Shown here one piece after another: positions 9,487-19,170 of a stretch of DNA of 64,000 nt. The stretch spans positions 124,001 to 188,000 of the IMG/VR virus record IMGVR_UViG_3300042923_000281; one strand, given 5' to 3'. Made by a program: the position numbers and the translations under genes. The notes under the pieces were generated by a model that did no database searches, was not told the origin of the DNA, and worked only from the letters and a program-made list of their open reading frames with translations. Numbering within the stretch: the stretch's first letter is position 1; each line of letters starts with the position of its first letter.

Positions 9487-9494
9487 GTAATGTA
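9487..9494 (-). promoter_or_regulatory. putative early promoter TACATTAC
   Basis: One mismatch to the phiKZ early consensus TATATTAC. Confidence 0.6.
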
Positions 9495-9526
9495 TCGTTT
9501 GAGTAAAATCAAATCCACTATAAACA

Positions 9527-9553
9527 GGGGATACAGGCCACGGCCTGTATCCC
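9527..9553. terminator. strong hairpin in the divergent intergenic region
   Basis: GGGATACAGGCC-AC-GGCCTGTATCCC followed by T-rich sequence on the + strand. Confidence 0.55.
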
Positions 9554-9688
9554 TTCCTTATTTGCTTTATATCTTTTATAGGTACTTACCGTATCAGGGC
9601 ACGCCAAATGATGTGTAGCTGCTCTCTTTAATTCATCTCGATTTATCGAGTGTCAGCCGCTCTTTAAATCCACTTCGGGTATCAAGAC

Positions 9689-10204
9689 ATGTCTGACATT
9701 TCCCTGCTTTCCAAGGACCAAGTACTTGCCTTGGTCAACGAGCAAAACCCGGGCCTGAACCTTACGCACGAGAAAGTCACTTTCGGTGATCCTGTCGCAG
9801 CGTCTGGTGAAAACCCGGAACGTAACACTGAACTGGTCATGACCGGTATCCCGGGCAAGGGCTTCAAGAACACTGCCACCATCCTTTACAACCGGATCGA
9901 CTTGGCAGACTTCGAAGTTCAGATCCCATCGCAGATCCAAGTAGAAGGCGATGTGACCATCCAATCCATTCTGGATGGTTTCAACCTGTTCTACGGGGCG
10001 AACCTGCAACTGAACGACGTGCGTAGCGACCTCACGCTGCCCGGCGATCTGACCAGCACTCCGGAAGACTTCACCCTGATCGCCGCTGCGGGCTCCTACG
10101 CCTACCGTGGTCAGGTGGTCATCAGTATCCAGATGGCTGACCAAGACCTGAACGCTGCCGTCACCAAGAAAGTCCTGGATGGCTTGACGCTCTCCCTGAG
10201 CTAA
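9689..10204 (+). CDS. virion structural paralog (Ig-like tail/baseplate family, DUF7941-like)
   Basis: Family motif RNT.l...g..g.gf.....i.YNRiDL...A..GS.aY.G. Confidence 0.75.
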   Translation: MSDISLLSKDQVLALVNEQNPGLNLTHEKVTFGDPVAASGENPERNTELVMTGIPGKGFKNTATILYNRIDLADFEVQIPSQIQVEGDVTIQSILDGFNLFYGANLQLNDVRSDLTLPGDLTSTPEDFTLIAAAGSYAYRGQVVISIQMADQDLNAAVTKKVLDGLTLSLS

Positions 10205-10282
10205 TGGTGCTGGTAGTTGACCAGAACGCGCACTGGGGCCTTCGGGTCTCAGTGGCATTAGTCTCTTAACCGGGAAAGAATC

Positions 10283-11122
10283 ATGTCAATCTACAGTCAG
10301 TCGCCCGACCAGATGGTGCGCGAACTGATCAACAATGCCAACACCCCTCTCGTTCCCTTCGCTCCAGAGAACTTGACCTTCGGTACGCCCCAAGTTGTAA
10401 CGGGCAATCCTTCTGTCAACGCCACAGTGAAGGTGCGAGGTATCCAGGGTGAGGTCTACGCTGGTCAGGTTGCTATTTCGTACAATCGCTTGGACCTTGG
10501 TGTCCTGTACCGCGGTAACTACCGCCCAGAATTCACGGCGTTGGGTCAATCGACCCTCTATCGTCTATTGCCTGAGATCAACAAGGCCCTCGGCCTGAAC
10601 TTGACGAAGAACGACTTGATTGACGTCGACCTCAAGTTGTTGGAAGAAGGCGATCAGGTCAACCTTGAACTGCGTGCTAAGCCTGGCTCGTTGGCTTACA
10701 CCGGTCTGGCCACGATCTTGTTCAACCGTCGGCAGTTGATGCTCACGGACGTCTTGCCAGTGGAAGCGTTCGAAGAGTTCAAACACGCTGACCCAGTCCT
10801 TGAAGGTTATCAGAGCGCTGGTTTGCTTACTTGGGGGCAGGATTTCACGATCATTGCGCAGTACCTCAAGGTCAACCGTTACGGTAACAACTACAAGGGT
10901 AGCTGGATCGACGAAGCCGGGCTCAGAGCAGGCCTGGCTCAGTATTTCGGCATCGAGAATTGGCCGAGGATTGACACGAGTGCCAACTCCAAGATGACGA
11001 TCAGGGATTACGCCACGAAAGATCACCCGGATGCCAACCGTAACTACCAGCGGGTGGTGGTGCAAACCAGCCTGCGCAGCGACGGGTACTCCGGTACTGC
11101 TTTCTTCCACTATAACGCCTGA
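10283..11122 (+). CDS. virion structural paralog (N-domain plus C-terminal ..HYN domain)
   Basis: YNRLDL and GSLAYTG motifs; C-terminus PDAN..Y.RVVV...G..FFHYN. Confidence 0.75.
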   Translation: MSIYSQSPDQMVRELINNANTPLVPFAPENLTFGTPQVVTGNPSVNATVKVRGIQGEVYAGQVAISYNRLDLGVLYRGNYRPEFTALGQSTLYRLLPEINKALGLNLTKNDLIDVDLKLLEEGDQVNLELRAKPGSLAYTGLATILFNRRQLMLTDVLPVEAFEEFKHADPVLEGYQSAGLLTWGQDFTIIAQYLKVNRYGNNYKGSWIDEAGLRAGLAQYFGIENWPRIDTSANSKMTIRDYATKDHPDANRNYQRVVVQTSLRSDGYSGTAFFHYNA

Positions 11123-11135
11123 TCGGAGATGACTC

Positions 11136-11984
11136 ATGTCTCTTTATAAGAACCCCGTCACGACGCTTTTGAACGTCGTCGGGAGTTACAACGGGATCAC
11201 GCTCGATCCGGCTGACTTCGACTTCATCGATCCTCGGCCGAACACCAGCGGCAAGCATCCTGAGCAAAACTCCATCGTCACCATCAAGGCCAACAACGCC
11301 TTTGCCCCGTATCAGGGCGAGACCGTGGTGTACTACAACCGTCTGGACTTGGCTGACTTGGCGAAACTCGTCACGTTAACCATGAAGGCCCCAAGCGTCA
11401 CCAACTCCCACGACCTCCTGCCGTTCCTGAATGACCGTTTCGGTCTGAACCTGGAAGAGTCGGATCTGGAACTGGTTGATGCTGAAGACATGACCGATTA
11501 CAAGACCGTGCAACTGACGGCTGTACCGGGCAGTCTGGGTTGGATCGGCACTGTGTCCATTTCGGTGGCACAAGGTGACATCCCGCTGACCAACTACCTG
11601 ACGACCACTGCACTCAACGGTCTGAACTACCCAACGCCGTACGCTACCCTGCCGTTTGCGCAGATGTACAGCTACTGGCGTGACTTCTCGGCTCACGTGA
11701 ATTACCTGAAGACCATCACGGCTGGTCAGGCGATCCCACAAGAGCTGGCTGACATCCTCTCCAGCATCACTGGCGACGCATGGTTCCGTACTGGCTACCA
11801 TGAGTTCAGTCTGGGCGGTGCTCAGGTTGTGTGGGCTGGTAAAGCGGCTGACAACGGTCTGATGAACCCGTCGTACGACTACGGCATTCAGGTCCGTCTG
11901 AACCACGATGATGCGTTCGGTATCACTGGCGACTTGATCATTCACTTCAGCGATCCGGTTGACCCGTTCGCTCAGCCAGCGTGA
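11136..11984 (+). CDS. virion structural paralog
   Basis: YNRLDL, GSLGWIG, LNGLNYP motifs. Confidence 0.75.
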   Translation: MSLYKNPVTTLLNVVGSYNGITLDPADFDFIDPRPNTSGKHPEQNSIVTIKANNAFAPYQGETVVYYNRLDLADLAKLVTLTMKAPSVTNSHDLLPFLNDRFGLNLEESDLELVDAEDMTDYKTVQLTAVPGSLGWIGTVSISVAQGDIPLTNYLTTTALNGLNYPTPYATLPFAQMYSYWRDFSAHVNYLKTITAGQAIPQELADILSSITGDAWFRTGYHEFSLGGAQVVWAGKAADNGLMNPSYDYGIQVRLNHDDAFGITGDLIIHFSDPVDPFAQPA

Positions 11985-11992
11985 GGTGAGTC

Positions 11993-12796
11993 ATGGACGG
12001 ACGTGATCTGATTATCCAGATGGTCAACGAGCAGAACACTCTGTATCGGCCGATCACGCTGGACAACGTGGCGATGTCGCTGCCTGTAAAGAAAGGACAG
12101 AACGATCCGCGTAACACCGGGGTGACCCTCAGTGGCGTACACGGTAAGGGCTACAAAGGTCAGACGGAGATCTTCTACAACCGTCACGACTTGCCTGAGC
12201 TGTTTGGTGAAGCGGGCATCACGCCTAACCTTCGTCACAACGCTGAGATCACTCCAGCCTGGATCATCGACAAGTTGAACACCAAGTACGGCCTGTACCT
12301 TGAGGCCACGGACTTGAACAACATCGATGTCCCTATCTTCGACCAATTGGAAACTACCAAGCCCATCGAGATCGTCGTCAAAGACAACTCGTGGAACTGG
12401 GTCGGGACCATTACCCTCGAAATGACCTACGGCAACCCATTACTGGAAACCGTGGTCTTGGTACAGCTCCTGCCGATCCTGGAACACCCCACGGATCACA
12501 AAGAGCTTCGAGGTCGGAAGTCCGGGTACATGTGCACGTACAACTTCGACTTCACAGCCTATAAAGCTGACCTGCAACGTGACCCGAAGACTGGCCGTTG
12601 GGCTAACTTCGACTTGGTCATGGCCGCAGGCGCCAAAGCAGGTTTGCCCGCATGGGGTAATGCAGGCGGGATCGTCGACCTCCCAACCAGCGCAATGCCT
12701 GAAGCCAACCCGAAGTTTCAACGGGTGATGGTGCAGAGCTACGCGACCGGTGGTGTGGTAGGTCCGATCTTATTCCACTACGACCTGGACTGGTGA
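11993..12796 (+). CDS. virion structural paralog
   Basis: RNTGV..GKGYKG..YNRHDL; PEANPKFQRV..FHYD. Confidence 0.75.
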   Translation: MDGRDLIIQMVNEQNTLYRPITLDNVAMSLPVKKGQNDPRNTGVTLSGVHGKGYKGQTEIFYNRHDLPELFGEAGITPNLRHNAEITPAWIIDKLNTKYGLYLEATDLNNIDVPIFDQLETTKPIEIVVKDNSWNWVGTITLEMTYGNPLLETVVLVQLLPILEHPTDHKELRGRKSGYMCTYNFDFTAYKADLQRDPKTGRWANFDLVMAAGAKAGLPAWGNAGGIVDLPTSAMPEANPKFQRVMVQSYATGGVVGPILFHYDLDW

Positions 12797-12826
12797 TTCC
12801 TGTCCTTTCTTGAGAAGGTTTAGCTC

Positions 12827-13831
12827 ATGGCTATCTATAGCAAAACGACCAAGCAGATGATGGTCGATCTGATTAACGCAGGGAATCCGCAACTGCCATT
12901 CCCGATCAACGAGACGGACTTCGAGTTCGGTCTGCCGGAAGTCATCGCTGACCCAGGCAATGGCCACAACACTCGCATCCGGATCACTGCGAAACCGAAC
13001 ACCAACTACGTCGGCAACGTACAGCTTACCTATCGTCGTCTGGACGTGGGCCGTATCTTCCGCAACATGACGCTGGAAGTGTCTCGCTGGGTTGCCAACA
13101 CCGGCGCCAACGGTAGCCCTCTGATTCTGCTGAGTTCGCTGTACCCGCTTTATAGCGAGAAGTACGGTTTCAACTTCGCAGTGGGTGAATGGGGCGACGG
13201 TAACTTGAGTGGCCTCAATGGTATCCGCGGTGACGTGTTTAACATCGCGCCGATTGCCAACAACTTGGCTTTCGTGGGTAACGTGCAGGGCAAGTGGACC
13301 ATCGGTGAACGTACGCTGGAATCGCTACTGTCTGTAGACGTTGTTGCAGGTCGTCGCTACCCAGGCGGTAATGACTTCGTGACTCCGGGCCACAAGTACT
13401 GGGTCACCCCAGACGGCTTCGACATGGACTTCTCGGCATTCAAGGACACGCTGGAATCGGGTGTTGTGGCCACAGGCTACGCTGGCGGTATCCGTGCTAA
13501 CGTGTACGTGGGCGACAACTACGCTGACGGTAGCCAACCAATTCGTCAGATCATCGAGAACAACATTCTCAAGACGCTGAAGAACCGCAATGGCGATTTC
13601 TACACCATTGTAACGGCTGGCGGTCCTGCGGCTGTCACCGAAGCCATGACCACGCCATTCCGGTTGAACGGTGCGTACTTCCGTCGCTATGCCCTCCCGC
13701 ATGCTGACGTGCCAGAAGCCAACTCCGAGTTCTACAACCGTTGCTTGGTCATCAGTGTGAATGACGCCTTCGGTGGTCTGGGCCAGCGTGACTGGGGCAC
13801 TGGTCGCATCCTTCTCCACTACAACGTCTAA
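12827..13831 (+). CDS. virion structural paralog
   Basis: YRRLDV; LP..VPEAN..YNR.LVI...GRILLHYNV. Confidence 0.75.
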   Translation: MAIYSKTTKQMMVDLINAGNPQLPFPINETDFEFGLPEVIADPGNGHNTRIRITAKPNTNYVGNVQLTYRRLDVGRIFRNMTLEVSRWVANTGANGSPLILLSSLYPLYSEKYGFNFAVGEWGDGNLSGLNGIRGDVFNIAPIANNLAFVGNVQGKWTIGERTLESLLSVDVVAGRRYPGGNDFVTPGHKYWVTPDGFDMDFSAFKDTLESGVVATGYAGGIRANVYVGDNYADGSQPIRQIIENNILKTLKNRNGDFYTIVTAGGPAAVTEAMTTPFRLNGAYFRRYALPHADVPEANSEFYNRCLVISVNDAFGGLGQRDWGTGRILLHYNV

Positions 13832-13842
13832 GGGCAGGTGCC

Positions 13843-14721
13843 ATGACTATTCATTTCAACTCCAAGCAGAGTTTGGTGAACTACATCAACGCTGCTAACA
13901 GTTCACCACTGACCGTGGATGAGCTGGACTTTGGTACACCGCAGCCCACAGCAGGGACGTGGCGTGAAGGGTTGGTCAATGCCAACACCGCTATCAAGAT
14001 CACTGCTAAAGAAGCCTCGGTGTTCCAAGGTTCTCGCGTGATCTGCTACGACCGCCTGAACCTGCCGGATCTTTCGACCCTGGCCAACGGGCTGTCGGTC
14101 AAGTGCTACCAGCCTGCGACCAACTTCGACGTGCTGCCTGCGTTGTTCCGCCGTTACGGGATTGTGCTGAGTAAGGAAGACTTCATCGAAGAGCCTTTCG
14201 CTCACGATGGTGCTAACCCCACTCCGTGCGTGTTCAAAGCCAAGCCAGGTGCTATCGGCTGGACAGGTCAACTGACCGTCATGTCCCAGTCGGGCTCTGC
14301 GGTACTGGGCCAGCACTTGACTCAAGCAGCTCTGCCGGGGCTGAACTACCCAGTGACCGGTGACGGTTCTCAAGGTTCGGCACTGACTTACCTCTACGGG
14401 TATGATTTCACAGCGTACAAGTCGACGCTGGAGAACTACCAAGTGGGCACCAAGTTGGGTGCGGCTGATACAGCGCTTCTGGCTGCGATCAAGGCGATTG
14501 ACACCAACGCCGGTAAGTCGCTGTGGAACTTGGACCCGGCAAGCACTGCGTGGTCTCTGGAGGGCGCTGAGGTTGTCTACAGCGGTATCAACTCCAATGT
14601 CCTGCCAACTAACCAGTCGTACAAGTACGCACTCGGTCTGTTGCTCAAGGCGACCAACATCACGCCTCCGGGCGTGTGCTACCTCCACTACGACGATCCG
14701 TTCGATCCGAACGAGGTGTGA
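13843..14721 (+). CDS. virion structural paralog
   Basis: YDRLNL, GAIGWTG, LPGLNYP; C-terminus YLHYDDPFDP similar to 11136..11984. Confidence 0.75.
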   Translation: MTIHFNSKQSLVNYINAANSSPLTVDELDFGTPQPTAGTWREGLVNANTAIKITAKEASVFQGSRVICYDRLNLPDLSTLANGLSVKCYQPATNFDVLPALFRRYGIVLSKEDFIEEPFAHDGANPTPCVFKAKPGAIGWTGQLTVMSQSGSAVLGQHLTQAALPGLNYPVTGDGSQGSALTYLYGYDFTAYKSTLENYQVGTKLGAADTALLAAIKAIDTNAGKSLWNLDPASTAWSLEGAEVVYSGINSNVLPTNQSYKYALGLLLKATNITPPGVCYLHYDDPFDPNEV

Positions 14722-14767
14722 GTAAACGGCCCTAGGTAACTGGGGCCATCACAAAGGAAGACTGAAG

Positions 14768-15631
14768 ATGTCGTCTTACTACTCAAAACCTCAGGTCGAA
14801 CTGTTACTGAAGCTGATCAACGAGTCCAACCCAGGGCTGTTAGAGCTTCGTGACTTGGTGAACACTCGCCTCGGTGTGCCATTTGTACGCACGCCTGCTG
14901 CCGGTGAGATCCAGAACACGTCGTTGGAACTGTACGCACAACCCGGGTCATTCTACATCGGCAAGAAGATCGTTCACTATCGGCGAATCGATCTGAGCAA
15001 GCTGTTTGCCAACATGACGTTGGACATCGAGTACTGGGCTCCGGGCAACTTGCCTAAAGCCACGTGGATCGATTTGATCAACAAGAAGTACGGTCTGGCC
15101 TTGGTCGATGCTGACATGGCAGGCTACGGGGACATGGGCGAAACGACGTACGTCTTGAACCTGGCGGGTACTTCGCTGGGCTACAATGGTACGTTGCGGG
15201 TTCGTTGGACACGTGGCAAACGGGCCATGGACCAGATCTTGACAGTGGATCGGTACGCCGGTCTGTATTGGGATAGTTCCTATGTGCAAGGGAAGCCACT
15301 CATGACACCAGTGAACTTCAGTCTGGACTACAGTCGGTTCTTCAACATCGACACCATCACAAACGGGATCACGCTGAACAACGCAGGTGCGTACTACAGT
15401 GAGATCAAAACGATTGTGGACTGGTTCAACAAGTGCGCCGGTCTGGCCTTGGATCTGGGGGTCGATCACACGTTGCCAAATGGGCTCAAGGGCTTGACCA
15501 TGTCTCGCTTCACATTGCCCAACGTCAACGTGCCTGAAGCCAACGCTGCCAAGTTCAACCGTGTCTTGGTGATCTCCAGTCGGACCACCAGTTGGTTCGG
15601 TGGCAAGATCCTGCTGCACTACAACGTCTAA
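14768..15631 (+). CDS. virion structural paralog
   Basis: YRRIDL; VPEANAAKFNRVLVI..GKILLHYNV, closest to 12827..13831. Confidence 0.75.
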   Translation: MSSYYSKPQVELLLKLINESNPGLLELRDLVNTRLGVPFVRTPAAGEIQNTSLELYAQPGSFYIGKKIVHYRRIDLSKLFANMTLDIEYWAPGNLPKATWIDLINKKYGLALVDADMAGYGDMGETTYVLNLAGTSLGYNGTLRVRWTRGKRAMDQILTVDRYAGLYWDSSYVQGKPLMTPVNFSLDYSRFFNIDTITNGITLNNAGAYYSEIKTIVDWFNKCAGLALDLGVDHTLPNGLKGLTMSRFTLPNVNVPEANAAKFNRVLVISSRTTSWFGGKILLHYNV

Positions 15632-15642
15632 CGAGGACGCCC

Positions 15643-16128
15643 ATGGCTCTTATTCAAGGTTCGAAAGTTGACCTCGTGTCAGCATTGAACCGGGAGACGC
15701 CAGTCGCATTGGACTACGCTGGGTTGGTTTTCAGCCCAGTCGTACCGCTCCAGTCTGATCCGTCCGGCAAGTTGGTGAAGGTGCGCTTGTCGACACTTCC
15801 CACCTACACGTACAAGGGCAACGATGTCCTTGAATACAGCCGGCGTAATCTGGCCGATCTACCCGGTATCTTTCCGGTACTTCCACGCTGCGTCCCCGGT
15901 GCTACGCTGTACGCCATGCTGACGGCCTTGGCCGATGGGACCAGCATCCTGTTCACAACTGACGATCTCGAAGATGCACCGGTGGTCACCCGTCAAGACG
16001 GTAACTATCAAGTGCAGTTGACGGCGAAGGCAGGCTCGTATGCTTGGTACGGTACCGGCTTGTTGGTATTCCGCAACCTTCCTCACATTTCGTTGGCCAT
16101 CGTGGACAACAACCTCTCCTGGAGTTAA
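15643..16128 (+). CDS. virion structural paralog, N-domain only
   Basis: Start MALIQG with GAGGA RBS; YSRRNL and AKAGSYAWYG motifs. Confidence 0.75.
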   Translation: MALIQGSKVDLVSALNRETPVALDYAGLVFSPVVPLQSDPSGKLVKVRLSTLPTYTYKGNDVLEYSRRNLADLPGIFPVLPRCVPGATLYAMLTALADGTSILFTTDDLEDAPVVTRQDGNYQVQLTAKAGSYAWYGTGLLVFRNLPHISLAIVDNNLSWS

Positions 16129-16131
16129 GTG

Positions 16132-16476
16132 ATGACCATTAACTGGATCAACTACTTCTTTCACACGGACTTCAGTGAGCACGCTGAGACGCTGTCTCAG
16201 ATCCCCGTCACTGAAGAACTGGAACACGACCAGCGACTGGCTTTGGCCAGTATCCTGACCAGCACTGACAAAGGTGTGGGCAAGGACCTGTGGATCGTTG
16301 ACGGTTCGGGCAAAGAGTGGAACCTGAGCTTGGCCTCCGTGTTCTACAACGACCGCAACAGCACCCGGTTTGCCACGAACTCCAAGTACAGCCACGTGCT
16401 GATCTTGGCATTCAGTTCTGAGTCGGAAGGTCCGACTGGCAAGCTCTACCTTCAATACAACCGCGAGGTGGTGTAA
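16132..16476 (+). CDS. virion structural paralog, C-domain only
   Basis: YFFHTDFS...WNLS...N.KY..L...GKLYLQYN matches the C-domains of 11136 and 13843; own GGAG RBS. Confidence 0.7.
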   Translation: MTINWINYFFHTDFSEHAETLSQIPVTEELEHDQRLALASILTSTDKGVGKDLWIVDGSGKEWNLSLASVFYNDRNSTRFATNSKYSHVLILAFSSESEGPTGKLYLQYNREVV

Positions 16477-16478
16477 TC

Positions 16479-18101
16479 ATGTCCGTACCCTTGATGTTCG
16501 GATTTGACACCCTGCCGCTTCGCACAGGGTTGTACGCAGCACACATGAAGGCCGAAGGGTTCGATCAACTCGATCTCATCTCGACCAACGCTGCTTGGCA
16601 GACCACCAAGATCAATGGTCGGACGTGGCTGACTGCTCAACAGACCTACTACGCTCCCAATGGCTCGCTGGTAAGCCGATCGTTCTGGCTGATGACTCGT
16701 ACGTTAGGCGAACTCTTTGGTAACCCGACACCGCTGACAAAGGGTGTCCTTGGTCTGCGTATCTGGGTCGATCAAAACCTCATTGATCGGTTAGCCGCAG
16801 GATCAGTAGGTACTTATCTGCTGGGTATTAACGGTGCGCCTATCGATGGACCGCTCCTGAGTAAGCTCACAGTGGGTGAACACTTTGTTGAGTACGAAAT
16901 CGACTTCGTAGCCAATACGGTCAAAACCTACTACGACGCTAGCTTGGTCAACACGTACCAGGCTGCTGGACAGCTGCTATTCACACACGCGATGACGTTG
17001 GGCTTCAGCGGGACCGGGTATCAGAATTTGCCCACAGTAAACATGCTGAGCTTTAACGACATCTACACCACTTACGATCTTCAGGATGGAGACATTTCTG
17101 GGAGGTTGGGTCCGGTGAAGGTGTTGCCGATGGTAGTGGACAAGTCTACCCGTCCGGCCAACTGGTCGTACGCTGACACAGACGCCATGTACAACTACTT
17201 CGATTGGGATCAAGATGCCACGGCGGGGTTGTTCACCGGCCATTGCTTGATCCCACGGTTCACCAGTGAAATCGACGTAGCTGGACAGTTCAAATGGGAC
17301 ACTGCACCGCTCAGTACCTCCCCCACGATCTTCCAGCGTTTCAACCCACCGACGGGTGCCGGTGATTCGTGGGCTGCCCCAGCTGCCGCCACGAAGATCA
17401 TTGCCAACATTACCTTTGAACGGGCGAAGAAGGCAGTAGGTTACAGCCTGAATGGCTACAGCAACGGTTACGGGGCGTTCGACGACTGGACCTTTGAGGG
17501 CAGTAACGATGGCCAAGCCTGGACTGTTCTTGACACACGGGTAGGTTGTGCTACAAAGATCCAATTGGGCACCAAGACGTACGCCTTCAAGATCGACCCG
17601 GTCAAGGTGGGCAGTTATCGCTACTTCCGTTGGAATGTGTCGAAGGTACTCGTTGCCCCTCAACAAGCCGGTCGCGTGTACATGGGTCACTTCCAAATCT
17701 TGGGTGATCCGGCAGATGCTGCTTTGAACGGGATTTACGACGGTCTGACCCGCAGTCCGAACACGTCACAAGGCGACATGGACTATCCAGTGGTCCGTAC
17801 CGGCATTGACGGCAGCGAAGGGTCGTTCGGGTTCAAGGTTCCAGACACCGGCACCAGTCAGATCTTGGCCGTGCGCATGGGTGTGACGGGTCGTCGTGAT
17901 CAGGCCAGTTCTGAACACATGCGTGCACGCTTGAAAGTCGGTGAAGCCGTTACTCCTGAACGCGTCATTGAACTCAAGCCTCACGTTGAGCGCCATGAAC
18001 TGTTCCCGACCGTGACCAAAGCGCCGGACGGGACTGCTTGGACCAAAGCGAGCCTGGAAAGTCTTCAGGTTGTCATTAAATCGAAAAGTGGAGCCAAGTA
18101 A
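16479..18101 (+). CDS. tail fibre/receptor-binding-type protein with lectin-like N-domain and inserted F5/8 (discoidin) domain
   Basis: WTFEGSNDGQAWTVLD...YRYFRW discoidin signature; RLGP linker and C-domain shared with the next gene. Confidence 0.7.
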   Translation: MSVPLMFGFDTLPLRTGLYAAHMKAEGFDQLDLISTNAAWQTTKINGRTWLTAQQTYYAPNGSLVSRSFWLMTRTLGELFGNPTPLTKGVLGLRIWVDQNLIDRLAAGSVGTYLLGINGAPIDGPLLSKLTVGEHFVEYEIDFVANTVKTYYDASLVNTYQAAGQLLFTHAMTLGFSGTGYQNLPTVNMLSFNDIYTTYDLQDGDISGRLGPVKVLPMVVDKSTRPANWSYADTDAMYNYFDWDQDATAGLFTGHCLIPRFTSEIDVAGQFKWDTAPLSTSPTIFQRFNPPTGAGDSWAAPAAATKIIANITFERAKKAVGYSLNGYSNGYGAFDDWTFEGSNDGQAWTVLDTRVGCATKIQLGTKTYAFKIDPVKVGSYRYFRWNVSKVLVAPQQAGRVYMGHFQILGDPADAALNGIYDGLTRSPNTSQGDMDYPVVRTGIDGSEGSFGFKVPDTGTSQILAVRMGVTGRRDQASSEHMRARLKVGEAVTPERVIELKPHVERHELFPTVTKAPDGTAWTKASLESLQVVIKSKSGAK

Positions 18102-18103
18102 TC

Positions 18104-19165
18104 ATGGCGATCAAAGAAATCCTGGGTACTGACGATCTTCCTATCGCTGCCCGATGGCCCACACTGAACCTGTTGTGCAAAGGTGTCATGCCTCAGGTTA
18201 ACCAAGGGCTCACTTCAGCCAACACTGGTGCGGTCGTCAACAACGGCCGTAACTGGATCAAGGTCACCGGCAACGCCAACCAGAGCCTCACAACACTCTT
18301 GTCGACGATGAAATACAGTGTCGCTGAGATGCGTGCCAAAAAGATCTGGATTGGCTTCCGGTATCAGATTGGCAGTAACGCAGCAGCACTGTCGGCGAAC
18401 GCGATCCTGAACATAAACACTGTAGGCTCTGCTGGTTCTTTCAACCCGGTACTTGAGTCAGACCTTCAGCGCGCTACCGATGAGGTGTTCATCGAATGTC
18501 TGATTGACTTGGTCGCTCAGAAGATCGACGGTTATCTGGACGGTAACTTGGTGCGTTCGGTGTCGACTTCTGCATTGGTTCCAGCCAACCTGACGGACAT
18601 CCGTATCAACTACGGCCAGACTTCCGGTGCAGTGGTGGCCGAAGTCCACATGTACACCGACTTCTACTGGTTGGTGGACTCGAGCGATGTGGATCAGTTG
18701 CCATCGAACCGTCTGGGTCCGATCAAGATCAAGACGGCCAAGGTTGCAGGTTCTGTATTGCCAAGCGACTGGACCGTTCCAGAAGGTCAGACAGCAGACG
18801 GCATTCTTGATGCGAGTACCATGGCTCCGACGACTGAACTCACTCCGGTGATTCGTACGTCGCCTGCCGAATCGGTGGCTTCGATTGGTTTCGCCAAGCC
18901 CGCTGCTGAGCTGGCGATCAAGGCTGTGTCGATCGAGGTGTTCGGTTATCGCGACACCGGTACGGCTCCAACCCTGCAAGCGCAATTGAAGCAGGGTGCC
19001 AAGACCGATACCAAGAAGACCTTCAGCACGCCAACGTTGGATTACAACCGCGGTGCGGCCAGTGACCGTCTGGGGTGCTTCAACGTGGATCTCAATGGCG
19101 CTGCTTGGAACAACGACAGCATCGACTCCCTTGAAGTTCTCATCAACTCCAAAACCGGGGCGTAA
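18104..19165 (+). CDS. tail-associated protein, paralog of 16479..18101 without the discoidin insert
   Basis: Shared D.Y....D...RLGP.K and G.AW....L.V.I.SK.GA motifs. Confidence 0.7.
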   Translation: MAIKEILGTDDLPIAARWPTLNLLCKGVMPQVNQGLTSANTGAVVNNGRNWIKVTGNANQSLTTLLSTMKYSVAEMRAKKIWIGFRYQIGSNAAALSANAILNINTVGSAGSFNPVLESDLQRATDEVFIECLIDLVAQKIDGYLDGNLVRSVSTSALVPANLTDIRINYGQTSGAVVAEVHMYTDFYWLVDSSDVDQLPSNRLGPIKIKTAKVAGSVLPSDWTVPEGQTADGILDASTMAPTTELTPVIRTSPAESVASIGFAKPAAELAIKAVSIEVFGYRDTGTAPTLQAQLKQGAKTDTKKTFSTPTLDYNRGAASDRLGCFNVDLNGAAWNNDSIDSLEVLINSKTGA

Positions 19166-19170
19166 CTATC

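Noticed and set aside
9306-9506. 66-aa plus-strand ORF across the candidate ncRNA
   Set aside because: It starts at a terminator hairpin without an RBS and runs against the promoter/terminator orientation
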